Below are positions 22,290 through 28,786 of a stretch of DNA of 28,786 nucleotides, piece by piece (the stretch's first letter is position 1; every line of letters starts with the position of its first letter). The position numbers and the translations under genes were made by a program. Below the pieces are notes generated by a model that searched no databases, was not told where the DNA came from, and saw only the letters and a list, made by a program, of their open reading frames with translations. The DNA is from a virus. Lineage: Duplodnaviria > Caudoviricetes. The stretch covers positions 1-28,786 of the IMG/VR virus record IMGVR_UViG_3300040985_001469; one strand, given 5' to 3'.

Positions 22290-22372
22290 GCCAACGTGGC
22301 GGAATGGTATACGCGGCGGATTCAAAATCCGCTGACCTTCGGGTCGTGAGGGTTCGAATCCCTCGGTTGGTA
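22290..22372 (+). tRNA. tRNA-Leu(CAA)
   Basis: GCGGA-TTCAAAA-TCCGC anticodon arm, long variable arm GACC-TTCG-GGTC, GAGGG-TTCGAAT-CCCTC T arm and A73. G7-G66 mismatch; CCA not encoded. Confidence 0.9.
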
Positions 22373-22393
22373 CTTACATTCGCGGGAGGATGA

Positions 22394-22702
22394 ATGAGAA
22401 AGCAAATCCACGACGAGCGCCACGATAAGGGCGAGCCGTGGGGATTCATTGCCTGCACTGACTCATTCCTTAGTGGATGGGGCAAGGCTCCGAATCGGAG
22501 TCTCTATGTGCTCGCGGTGCGGTCTCCGAGGGAGGCTGATGTCGTCCTAGCTAACGCTATCGCACGGTGCGATATGAAGCGTCCCAGGATTGTGAGCGGC
22601 CGATACCTGTCAACGGTTCGGCTCTACCCTGGAGATCACGTCAAGGTGGTCGACCATCGTAGGGCTGAGCGTTGGTACTACACTGATGAGGGGTGGGGGT
22701 AG
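22394..22702 (+). CDS. Hypothetical protein (TDSFLSGWG.A motif)
   Basis: GGAGG RBS; the motif resembles a recurrent phage hypothetical family. Confidence 0.7.
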   Translation: MRKQIHDERHDKGEPWGFIACTDSFLSGWGKAPNRSLYVLAVRSPREADVVLANAIARCDMKRPRIVSGRYLSTVRLYPGDHVKVVDHRRAERWYYTDEGWG

Positions 22703-22704
22703 CC

Positions 22705-22926
22705 ATGAGTGACGGGCCACAACGGATCTACGAGCCCACCAACTGCGTGGACGGTAGTCAGGTTCGGGTTATCGCTGGCTCTTCCAGCGAGGCAGTAGTC
22801 AAGGCACACCTCATAGAGGTGAGCAAGATTGGTGAGGTTGTCGACTCTAGGCGAATCGCCAGCGTTGAACGTCCAGGCTTCTCCATCTGCGGAAAGTGGA
22901 TGGTGGTGCGGGGGTGGAATGTATGA
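22705..22926 (+). CDS. Hypothetical protein
   Basis: Start MSDGPQR; lies in the operon chain. Confidence 0.55.
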   Translation: MSDGPQRIYEPTNCVDGSQVRVIAGSSSEAVVKAHLIEVSKIGEVVDSRRIASVERPGFSICGKWMVVRGWNV

Positions 22927-23117
22927 ACACAAACAACGGTAACGGCTGGTTCGTCTACCAGAATGGTAACGCCTCAGGCTACAAGTATGCCAGCGAATGG
23001 TACTTGACAAGGGGCGAAGCTGATATCGCATGTGGCCGGATCAGGGATTCGGCATCGTGCGAACGGTGGGACCCTACCGCTGAGGTTAGGGCTGCGCCGC
23101 CAGCCGGAGTCGCGTAG
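22923..23117 (+). CDS. Hypothetical protein
   Basis: ATGA overlap with the previous gene; starts MNTNNGNGW. Confidence 0.55.
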   Translation: MNTNNGNGWFVYQNGNASGYKYASEWYLTRGEADIACGRIRDSASCERWDPTAEVRAAPPAGVA

Positions 23118-23130
23118 ATAGATGGATTAA

Positions 23131-23206
23131 GCGCCCTTAGCGCAGCGGTTAGCGCGCTACTCTTATAAGGTAGTGGTCGTGGGTTCAAATCCCACAGGGC
23201 GTACCA
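23131..23206 (+). tRNA. tRNA-Ile(UAU)
   Basis: Canonical cloverleaf; CTACT-CTTATAA-GGTAG anticodon arm; ends ACCA. Confidence 0.9.
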
Positions 23207-23210
23207 GCAC

Positions 23211-23286
23211 GGACTCGTAGCTCAGAGGATAGAGCAGCGGTTTCCTAAACCGCGGGTCGGGGGTTCGAATCCCTCCGGGTCCACCA
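23211..23286 (+). tRNA. tRNA-Arg(CCU)
   Basis: Canonical cloverleaf; GCGGT-TTCCTAA-ACCGC anticodon arm; ends ACCA. Confidence 0.93.
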
Positions 23287-23313
23287 ATCACAACAAAGCA
23301 GAGGAGAGATCCA

Positions 23314-23466
23314 GTGAAGCTCAAGGAAGTGAAGGCCAAGGAGGCTGCCGATAGGCAGGCGAAGCACGATGCCCTAACGTTGGCTCAGAAGATCGCCAAG
23401 CTCGATGCCCGACTGGGTAAGGGCAAGGGCGCCAGGAGGGAGCGTGCCAATCTCACTAACGGATAA
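23314..23466 (+). CDS. Small basic protein (50 aa)
   Basis: GAGGAG RBS, GTG start; KEAADRQAKHDALTLAQKIAKLDARLGKGKGARRERANL. Confidence 0.65.
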   Translation: MKLKEVKAKEAADRQAKHDALTLAQKIAKLDARLGKGKGARRERANLTNG

Positions 23467-23590
23467 GGACATCGCTGAGTTGCGGTCATTCCTTAGTGGC
23501 GTCGCACCACTCATGGGGCCGCTACCCGCTGAGACGCTAGCCAATATCAGGGCTGCGCTCAAGGAGCTTGAGGAATGTCGGGCGAAGTAG
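23444..23590 (+). CDS. Hypothetical small protein
   Basis: AGGAGG RBS before GTG 23444. Confidence 0.5.
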   Translation: MPISLTDKDIAELRSFLSGVAPLMGPLPAETLANIRAALKELEECRAK

Positions 23591-23745
23591 GTTACAGCCC
23601 ATGCGGCTGCCGAGACTGTTTCGAGATCGCCATTGGCGAGATTGGGCATCCCGACACGCTGTGCTGGGAGTGTGAGGAAGCTGAGTGTCAACCGAATGAG
23701 GAGTGTGAGGCTCCTGGGGCGTATGGTGGAACATGGAGCGAGTAG
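23575..23745 (+). CDS. Small Cys-rich acidic protein (56 aa, below the ORF-track cutoff)
   Basis: MSGEVGYSPCGCRDCFEIAIG...LCWECEEAEC...; fills the gap between neighbouring ORFs. Confidence 0.65.
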   Translation: MSGEVGYSPCGCRDCFEIAIGEIGHPDTLCWECEEAECQPNEECEAPGAYGGTWSE

Positions 23746-24038
23746 GAACCGTTATCCACGGAACCTTTAGAACGCAGGATCTGCACTCGGCGTTCTGTAG
23801 GGAGATCGAAAGGGTGTGGCGACACGTTAGTCACATCGATGGACTCACCGAGGAAATGGACGACATCGAGTTTCGCGGCAACATACCAGCCGACCATCCG
23901 TACTGGGATGATGATGACATCCTATACGACATCGAGCGCATGCGCGATATCCTGAACGAGGCCGCTCCGCAGGGCATGTACTTCGGCCCTCACGAGGGTG
24001 ACGGGTCGGACTTCGGTTACTGGGGGGCGGGGGATTAA
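23733..24038 (+). CDS. Acidic phage protein (GTVIHGT...YFGPHEGDGSDFGYW family)
   Basis: Recurrent phage hypothetical signature. Confidence 0.75.
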   Translation: MERVGTVIHGTFRTQDLHSAFCREIERVWRHVSHIDGLTEEMDDIEFRGNIPADHPYWDDDDILYDIERMRDILNEAAPQGMYFGPHEGDGSDFGYWGAGD

Positions 24039-24628
24039 TGCACACAGAACACACCATCAACGGAGTGGTCTACATAGATCACCCGTACTGCTGCATGGGC
24101 GACTACGGGGGCTCCGGCGATGTTGGGGAGGCTAACCGTAGGAGCGTCCTCGAAATGGCCAACGAAGCTGGGCTTGATGTGGGATACTACTACGCCCAAA
24201 CACTCTATCGAATGGAGGAGTGGCCGAGGGATGAATGGGAGTACCCAACTGAGAATGTCCTCGATATCTACGGGAGCTATGGACATAAGGCGGTCTGGTT
24301 CCGAAAGGATTGGGATGAGGCTGAGGATATCCTAGCCGCGCTGGATGACTACCCACTACTCGATGAGGACTTGAACAGTCAAGTTACAATGGAGTGGGAG
24401 GATGAGGCGTGGGAAAGCTGGGTGGAGAGCGACCTCTACAGCACGCTGGACGAGGACACGCAGGAAGCTCTCGACGAGCGAACCGATCCCGATACATGGA
24501 AGTGTTATCGGGAGGCAATGGAAGAGTGCAACGAATATCCAGTGATGGAGCATTCGGGTGCATATATAGATGTTAAGAGAATCGCCGAAGCGTATGGCAA
24601 TGCCATCAGGGAGATGTTGAATGGATAA
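24038..24628 (+). CDS. Highly acidic protein
   Basis: 196 aa, rich in D/E and aromatic residues; LDDYPLLDED motif. Confidence 0.75.
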   Translation: MHTEHTINGVVYIDHPYCCMGDYGGSGDVGEANRRSVLEMANEAGLDVGYYYAQTLYRMEEWPRDEWEYPTENVLDIYGSYGHKAVWFRKDWDEAEDILAALDDYPLLDEDLNSQVTMEWEDEAWESWVESDLYSTLDEDTQEALDERTDPDTWKCYREAMEECNEYPVMEHSGAYIDVKRIAEAYGNAIREMLNG

Positions 24629-24806
24629 GCGCTACACTGACGCGCAGGTGCAAGCGATCGAAAGGTTGTTTGAGGATGCGCCACACCACATCACAAGGAT
24701 CCTTAGGGATTTCTTCCCTGGGATTGGGCTGCCGAGCGGCTGGTGTGAGGTGTGGGTCGACACTACTCTGTACGGAATCAGCCCAGATGGGGAGGTCAAG
24801 AGCTAA
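24621..24806 (+). CDS. Hypothetical protein
   Basis: Overlap-coupled; ends YGISPDGEVKS. Confidence 0.65.
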   Translation: MDKRYTDAQVQAIERLFEDAPHHITRILRDFFPGIGLPSGWCEVWVDTTLYGISPDGEVKS

Positions 24807-25222
24807 TGCTTGTCGTCGACACAACAAATGTCAACCTGATGCCGGAGTCGTTTGACAACTGGCGAGTCGGTGTCTTGATGATGAATGTCGGGGTGAGTAA
24901 GATCACTCCGGAGAATGCTAACGAAGTGTGGCGCAGGGCGTGTTTGTGTAGTGAGCCTGTTAGGCTAAATGAGATCTTCGGGCTCATCGGCGCTACTGCA
25001 AATGTCCGCGATGAGACAGCCGATCAGTGGCACTATCGCATCTTCGGCGTCTTCCCCAAGGGTGGGGTGGATCCCAAGGTGTTGGCTGAAGCTATGCGCG
25101 ATGCCGCATACGATAAGCTCTATGATCTTTGCCATGAGGATGATGCGCATCGAATTTGCGATGACCTATATGAGGTCATGGAGGATTTCATGCGCGGGAT
25201 TGAGGATGAGGTGGGCGAGTGA
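24806..25222 (+). CDS. Hypothetical protein
   Basis: TAATG coupling with the previous gene; starts MLVVDTT. Confidence 0.65.
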   Translation: MLVVDTTNVNLMPESFDNWRVGVLMMNVGVSKITPENANEVWRRACLCSEPVRLNEIFGLIGATANVRDETADQWHYRIFGVFPKGGVDPKVLAEAMRDAAYDKLYDLCHEDDAHRICDDLYEVMEDFMRGIEDEVGE

Positions 25223-25371
25223 TAACACCAGCAATCGTAATGTGCCTCATCACATCGGTGCTCGGCGTCGGCCGCGTTGGCTACGGGATAGCTAGGGATG
25301 ACGGCGCAATCGCTGGCGTGGGGGCGGTAGTCGCCATACTATATTTCTGCGCAGGGGTGGGGTCGCTATGA
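25219..25371 (+). CDS. Small membrane protein with two hydrophobic segments (50 aa)
   Basis: GTG start overlapping the previous stop; ITPAIVMCLITSVLGV...AIAGVGAVVAILYFCAGVGSL. Confidence 0.55.
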   Translation: MITPAIVMCLITSVLGVGRVGYGIARDDGAIAGVGAVVAILYFCAGVGSL

Positions 25372-25532
25372 CACGCAAAGACTTCCAACTAGTGGCGGAC
25401 GTGATTGCGCAACTGCCAAGTAAGTTCGACAGGACGGTGCTATCGGTGAGGTTTGCCGAGGCGCTAGCGAATACCAATGACAGGTTTGACCGAGAGAGGT
25501 TCATCGATGCATGTAAAGCCGAGCAAGAGTAA
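25368..25532 (+). CDS. Conserved small phage protein (MTRKDF...N.RFD.ERF..AC family)
   Basis: MTRKDFQLVADVIAQ...FAEALANTNDRFDRERFIDAC; 54 aa, not in the ORF track. Confidence 0.75.
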   Translation: MTRKDFQLVADVIAQLPSKFDRTVLSVRFAEALANTNDRFDRERFIDACKAEQE

Positions 25533-26058
25533 CACGCTGGACCCAAACTCAGAGCATTGCTTTGACTTGGCCGGCAAGGCGAGGGATGAGGGTAAGCTGT
25601 TCTTCTGCGCCAACAACACCCTACACGGGCCCATCTATAGGGTTATTGATGATAGGCCTGGGTATGAGCAGGTGAAGCCCATCATAAGGTGGAGTGAGTT
25701 GCCTGATGGTGAGGTCAGCGTCAAGCCCGAGACCAAGGCTAAGCTGAAGGCCACCATCGAGGACATGATCCGCTCCATCGTCAAGGATGAGTTGGAGAAG
25801 TTCAACGTCTTGAGTGTTGTTGAGGAGGGCCTCGCCAACGCGGTGAGTGGGTTCTTCGACGACACCAGCATCATCAACGATCGCATCGAAGATACGCTGG
25901 ATTGCGAGTTGGAGGACAGGCTCGACAGATACATGAATGACTTCGACTTCAACACACCCATCGAGGATGCGCTTGATTACCTCGACCTAGACAGTAAGGT
26001 TGAGGATAAGGTCAAGGAGGCCGTGGAAAATCTGAGCATCACGATCACCGTCGATTAG
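25507..26058 (+). CDS. Protein with a very acidic helical-repeat C-terminus
   Basis: DRIEDTLDCELEDRLDRYMNDFDFNTPIEDALDYLDLDSKVED; start uncertain. Confidence 0.65.
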   Translation: MHVKPSKSNTLDPNSEHCFDLAGKARDEGKLFFCANNTLHGPIYRVIDDRPGYEQVKPIIRWSELPDGEVSVKPETKAKLKATIEDMIRSIVKDELEKFNVLSVVEEGLANAVSGFFDDTSIINDRIEDTLDCELEDRLDRYMNDFDFNTPIEDALDYLDLDSKVEDKVKEAVENLSITITVD

Positions 26059-26133
26059 TGGAGGTCTTCAGGTGGATTGGCGGAGTCTACGCAATACTCA
26101 TACTGGTGGGGCAACTCATCAAGGTGAAAAAGA

Positions 26134-26415
26134 ATGAGGGTGGATGAGTTTGAGTGGGGGTTCATGAAGCCACAGATTATCGCTGATAAGTGGTTCACCG
26201 CTGAGAATGAGTGGGGTGATAGTGAATCAGTCCCGGCCGAGTATGAGCATGAGTTGCGTGATGCCGGGTTCACCCTTGAGGGTGGACACTCCTTCGGGTA
26301 TGGCGCCCGACTGAGCGCGCCGGGCTACATGGATTGCACTGACTGGGTTGTGTTCGACACGTTTGAAGAGGCCGATGAGTATTTGGCCGAGATGTATGGG
26401 GTGATTGATGACTAG
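26134..26415 (+). CDS. Acidic phage protein (ARLSAPGYMDCTDW family)
   Basis: Recurrent phage hypothetical signature; start may be 26164. Confidence 0.7.
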   Translation: MRVDEFEWGFMKPQIIADKWFTAENEWGDSESVPAEYEHELRDAGFTLEGGHSFGYGARLSAPGYMDCTDWVVFDTFEEADEYLAEMYGVIDD

Positions 26416-26737
26416 TTGGCGAGAGGACATTGACAGTAAGAGGAGGTGCCTTGGCGATACGTCGCCACTCACCATCACCATTGATGATGGGCGGGGCCGA
26501 TGGTATGAGGATCATGAGAAGCCCAGCACCATCGGGCCCGTGAGCTACGAGGATGAGTCGGTCCAGAAGTTGCTGGACCGCAAGTTTGACGACAGCTTTG
26601 GTGGTGAGGAGGGGTACAACTTCACCGCATGGAGTGCCAACTACGTGTACTTCCCATGCTGCTACGATGGTAGTGAGTGGGTTGGCGCCATCCCACGCAA
26701 CCCATGCAGTGTCGCAGGGCGACACCGGGGAGGTTAG
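26405..26737 (+). CDS. Phage protein (FTAW...VYFP..YDGSEWV...PRNP family)
   Basis: Recurrent phage hypothetical signature. Confidence 0.7.
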   Translation: MMTSWREDIDSKRRCLGDTSPLTITIDDGRGRWYEDHEKPSTIGPVSYEDESVQKLLDRKFDDSFGGEEGYNFTAWSANYVYFPCCYDGSEWVGAIPRNPCSVAGRHRGG

Positions 26738-26739
26738 TG

Positions 26740-27153
26740 ATGCAGATTGAGGCATACATCGATGGTAAGTGGGTCGAGGTCAAAGAGGACATCGATGACA
26801 TGGATGGGTACACCAGGGATAGTGTGGTGAATGGCACCGACCCGTACCCAAACATGGGAGACAACCTCCCCGACCTATGCGCCATCAAGGTCACGCTCAA
26901 TGAGGTGCATGATGCTGACGCTTACGCCGCCTATGCTGATCTTGTTGGCTGGGATTGGGCGTCTGTCGAGCGTTTCGAAGATGCATACGCTGGGGAATGG
27001 AAGGACGAGGAGGCTTTCGCTCAAAACATGGTTGATGAGTGTTATGAGTTGGAAGGGCCGCTCGCCATGTACTTCGACATCGAAGCGTTCACGCGTGACC
27101 TCTTTATGTGTGACCACAGCTATCACCACGGCTACGTCTTCAGGGATTGCTAA
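26740..27153 (+). CDS. ardA: ArdA-like antirestriction (DNA mimic) protein
   Basis: C-terminal FEDAYAGEW.DEEAFAQ......L..YFD.EAF.RDLF..D......VF matches the ArdA pattern; acidic; GGAGG RBS. The N-terminus is shorter and divergent. Confidence 0.75.
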   Translation: MQIEAYIDGKWVEVKEDIDDMDGYTRDSVVNGTDPYPNMGDNLPDLCAIKVTLNEVHDADAYAAYADLVGWDWASVERFEDAYAGEWKDEEAFAQNMVDECYELEGPLAMYFDIEAFTRDLFMCDHSYHHGYVFRDC

Positions 27154-27434
27154 TGGAAGTTAGGGTTGACTTAAGGGATGAGGCGATTGCACTCATTGAG
27201 GCGCAGCAGCAGGCATCTAAGTGGGGCAAGGAAAAGAAGCGCATCGAGGATATCTTCAAGGCGCTTGATGTGGATGCTGTCGACTGCGGGCTAGCGATAA
27301 TCACAATCAAGAAGATTGTGGCGTCCTCCTTCAGCAAGAAGGGTTTGCCGCAGGATGTGATTGATGCACACACAACAACATCTATCAGGAAGAGCGTCAC
27401 GGTGACGCCAACGGGGGTTGGTTATGTTGATTGA
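27153..27434 (+). CDS. Hypothetical protein
   Basis: TAATG coupling with the previous gene. Confidence 0.65.
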   Translation: MEVRVDLRDEAIALIEAQQQASKWGKEKKRIEDIFKALDVDAVDCGLAIITIKKIVASSFSKKGLPQDVIDAHTTTSIRKSVTVTPTGVGYVD

Positions 27435-27666
27435 GTTTCCACCTGAGCGTGAGTTGACGGCTTGGTGTAACGTCAAAAGGGGTGACGTGTTCATATCTGA
27501 TGTAGGGCATCTCAAGTGTTTCACATTCATGCGAGTGGTTGGTGGTGGTGGTGATGGTGATGATATTGCAGTCATCCTGAACGATGGTGACGCATATTCG
27601 CGACCCGACATGACATTTAGTGATGGCGTTAGGATCGTCAAGGCAAGGCTGGTGATTGATGCTTGA
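27424..27666 (+). CDS. Hypothetical protein
   Basis: Overlap-coupled; V.RGDVF motif. Confidence 0.6.
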   Translation: MLIEFPPERELTAWCNVKRGDVFISDVGHLKCFTFMRVVGGGGDGDDIAVILNDGDAYSRPDMTFSDGVRIVKARLVIDA

Positions 27667-27967
27667 GATTCCACCCATCCTCCTCCCCAAGGGCCGCAAG
27701 GGTGCAGCCATCATCAAGCGCCACTTCGAAAGCCTCAACCTGGACACCGGAGGGTGCAAGGCGTTCTACTCTCCGCAAGAATGGGAAGCGCGCGGCGAGA
27801 CGTATGGAACCAACTCACTCCTCGTCGTCTGCCATGATGGTGGTGATATGGGTGAGCTTATGGATATGGATGGCGTCTTCTATGATGACGTTCTCCTCAA
27901 GCTTGAGAAGGTTGGCGTGTACATCGAGGCGTGTACGGGCTGGTACTCCGCACTGTATGAGGTGTAG
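27659..27967 (+). CDS. Phage protein (TGGCKAFYSP.EW..RGE.YG family)
   Basis: Recurrent phage hypothetical signature. Confidence 0.7.
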   Translation: MLEIPPILLPKGRKGAAIIKRHFESLNLDTGGCKAFYSPQEWEARGETYGTNSLLVVCHDGGDMGELMDMDGVFYDDVLLKLEKVGVYIEACTGWYSALYEV

Positions 27968-28198
27968 ATGGACACTTACGTAGACCAAATCAACCACAGC
28001 CACTACCTCGTCACCGTCCAATACCTCGACCAAGACCTCACCTACATCAACGAGGTCGAGTTCATCGCAGTGATGGGCAACGGCGGTATGCGACTGTTCA
28101 TGGCAGAGGAGAGCCTTCACCAAGGCGCTACCGACGTGCCGGACGAGGCCTTCGACGAGGCCAGGGTGGCAGCGCTGAGGTTCATCGAGGAACTGTAG
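27968..28198 (+). CDS. Hypothetical acidic protein
   Basis: GAGGTG RBS; abuts the previous stop. Confidence 0.65.
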   Translation: MDTYVDQINHSHYLVTVQYLDQDLTYINEVEFIAVMGNGGMRLFMAEESLHQGATDVPDEAFDEARVAALRFIEEL

Positions 28199-28228
28199 AC
28201 CGTGTGCAGCGCAACACAAAACGTCAAT

Positions 28229-28443
28229 GTAAAGCGCCCTTTACAAAGTAAAGCAGCCTTTACCCCTAAGTAAAGCCCCCTTTACCTCAAAGTAAAGAGC
28301 CCTTTACCAAAGTAAAGCAGCCTTTACCAAAACAGTAAAGCCCCTTTTACTTCAGACCACAAAATGTAAAGCCCCTTTTACTTGGGGCCGCCCAAAGTAA
28401 AGCGCCTTTTACTTGAGCACCCCTCAAGTAAAGCCACCTTTAC
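28229..28443. repeat. Array of nine 16-bp palindromes GTAAAG-N4-(C/T)TTTAC
   Basis: Copies start at 28229, 28248, 28270, 28292, 28312, 28335, 28366, 28397 and 28428. Confidence 0.95.
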
Positions 28444-28547
28444 CATTGCAACTGCGTAATGACCACAAAATGTGTACCAAAACGATACACTGTGTGAGAT
28501 GACACAGCCGCGGGGCGATAAATGGTACGAAACTGGCAAAAGTGGGG

Positions 28548-28648
28548 TGGCAGGCTCTAACAGACTTTTGTGCCCTGTTATCAGCGACTTACAAAAAAGT
28601 GAGCAGGGTGGCATATCACACAGGTGGCAGGAGTTAACAGACTTTTGT
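28548..28648. repeat. Imperfect 25-bp direct repeat, two copies
   Basis: GTGGCAGGCTCTAACAGACTTTTGT (28548) and GTGGCAGGAGTTAACAGACTTTTGT (28624). Confidence 0.8.
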
Positions 28649-28786
28649 TGGCTGATTCCAGGTACTTACAGAAAACCCAACAGAAACGTCCGGTTTTCCC
28701 AGAACATTACTCGTGTTTTTCTAGAAAACCTAGGCCTCAGAATTTTGAGACACACGTAGTAAAAATAACCGGGCAGGGAGTAGCTT

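Noticed and set aside
28229-28443. CRISPR array
   Set aside because: The repeats are 16 bp with 3-15 bp gaps, far too short for spacers, and no cas genes are in the window.
28472-28759. 95-aa ORF after the palindrome array
   Set aside because: No RBS, overlaps direct repeats and has atypical composition; more likely non-coding.

Overview
This is a 28.8 kb fragment of a tailed dsDNA phage genome with two divergently transcribed arms. The minus-strand arm (about 1-19170) carries a scaffold-like gene, TerL, TerS, a DUF2493/SLOG gene and a two-gene NAD+ salvage module (NAMPT plus NMNAT-Nudix). It also carries a Cys-rich vWA lipoprotein of myxobacterial type, a stand-alone CheY-like receiver, two HNH genes, SSB, a DnaQ-like exonuclease, an HTH gene, DUF3310 and many small ORFs. 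The plus-strand arm (about 19550-28200) looks like an early region, with tRNAs for rare codons (Leu-CAA, Ile-UAU, Arg-CCU), many small acidic ORFs including an ArdA-like protein, and a phased array of nine 16-bp palindromes at its end. The most unusual part is 19550-22370, which is organised like an rRNA operon. It has 16-bp-spacer promoters, three boxA-like sites, two large structured non-coding RNA candidates, and three ORFs each enclosed by a long 5'-3' RNA stem. It also has a duplicated pseudoknot in front of tRNA or tRNA-like elements. Several near-consensus sigma-54 motifs occur, one directly upstream of the scaffold-like gene. All calls are by eye from the sequence and the ORF track; no searches or folding programs were run.
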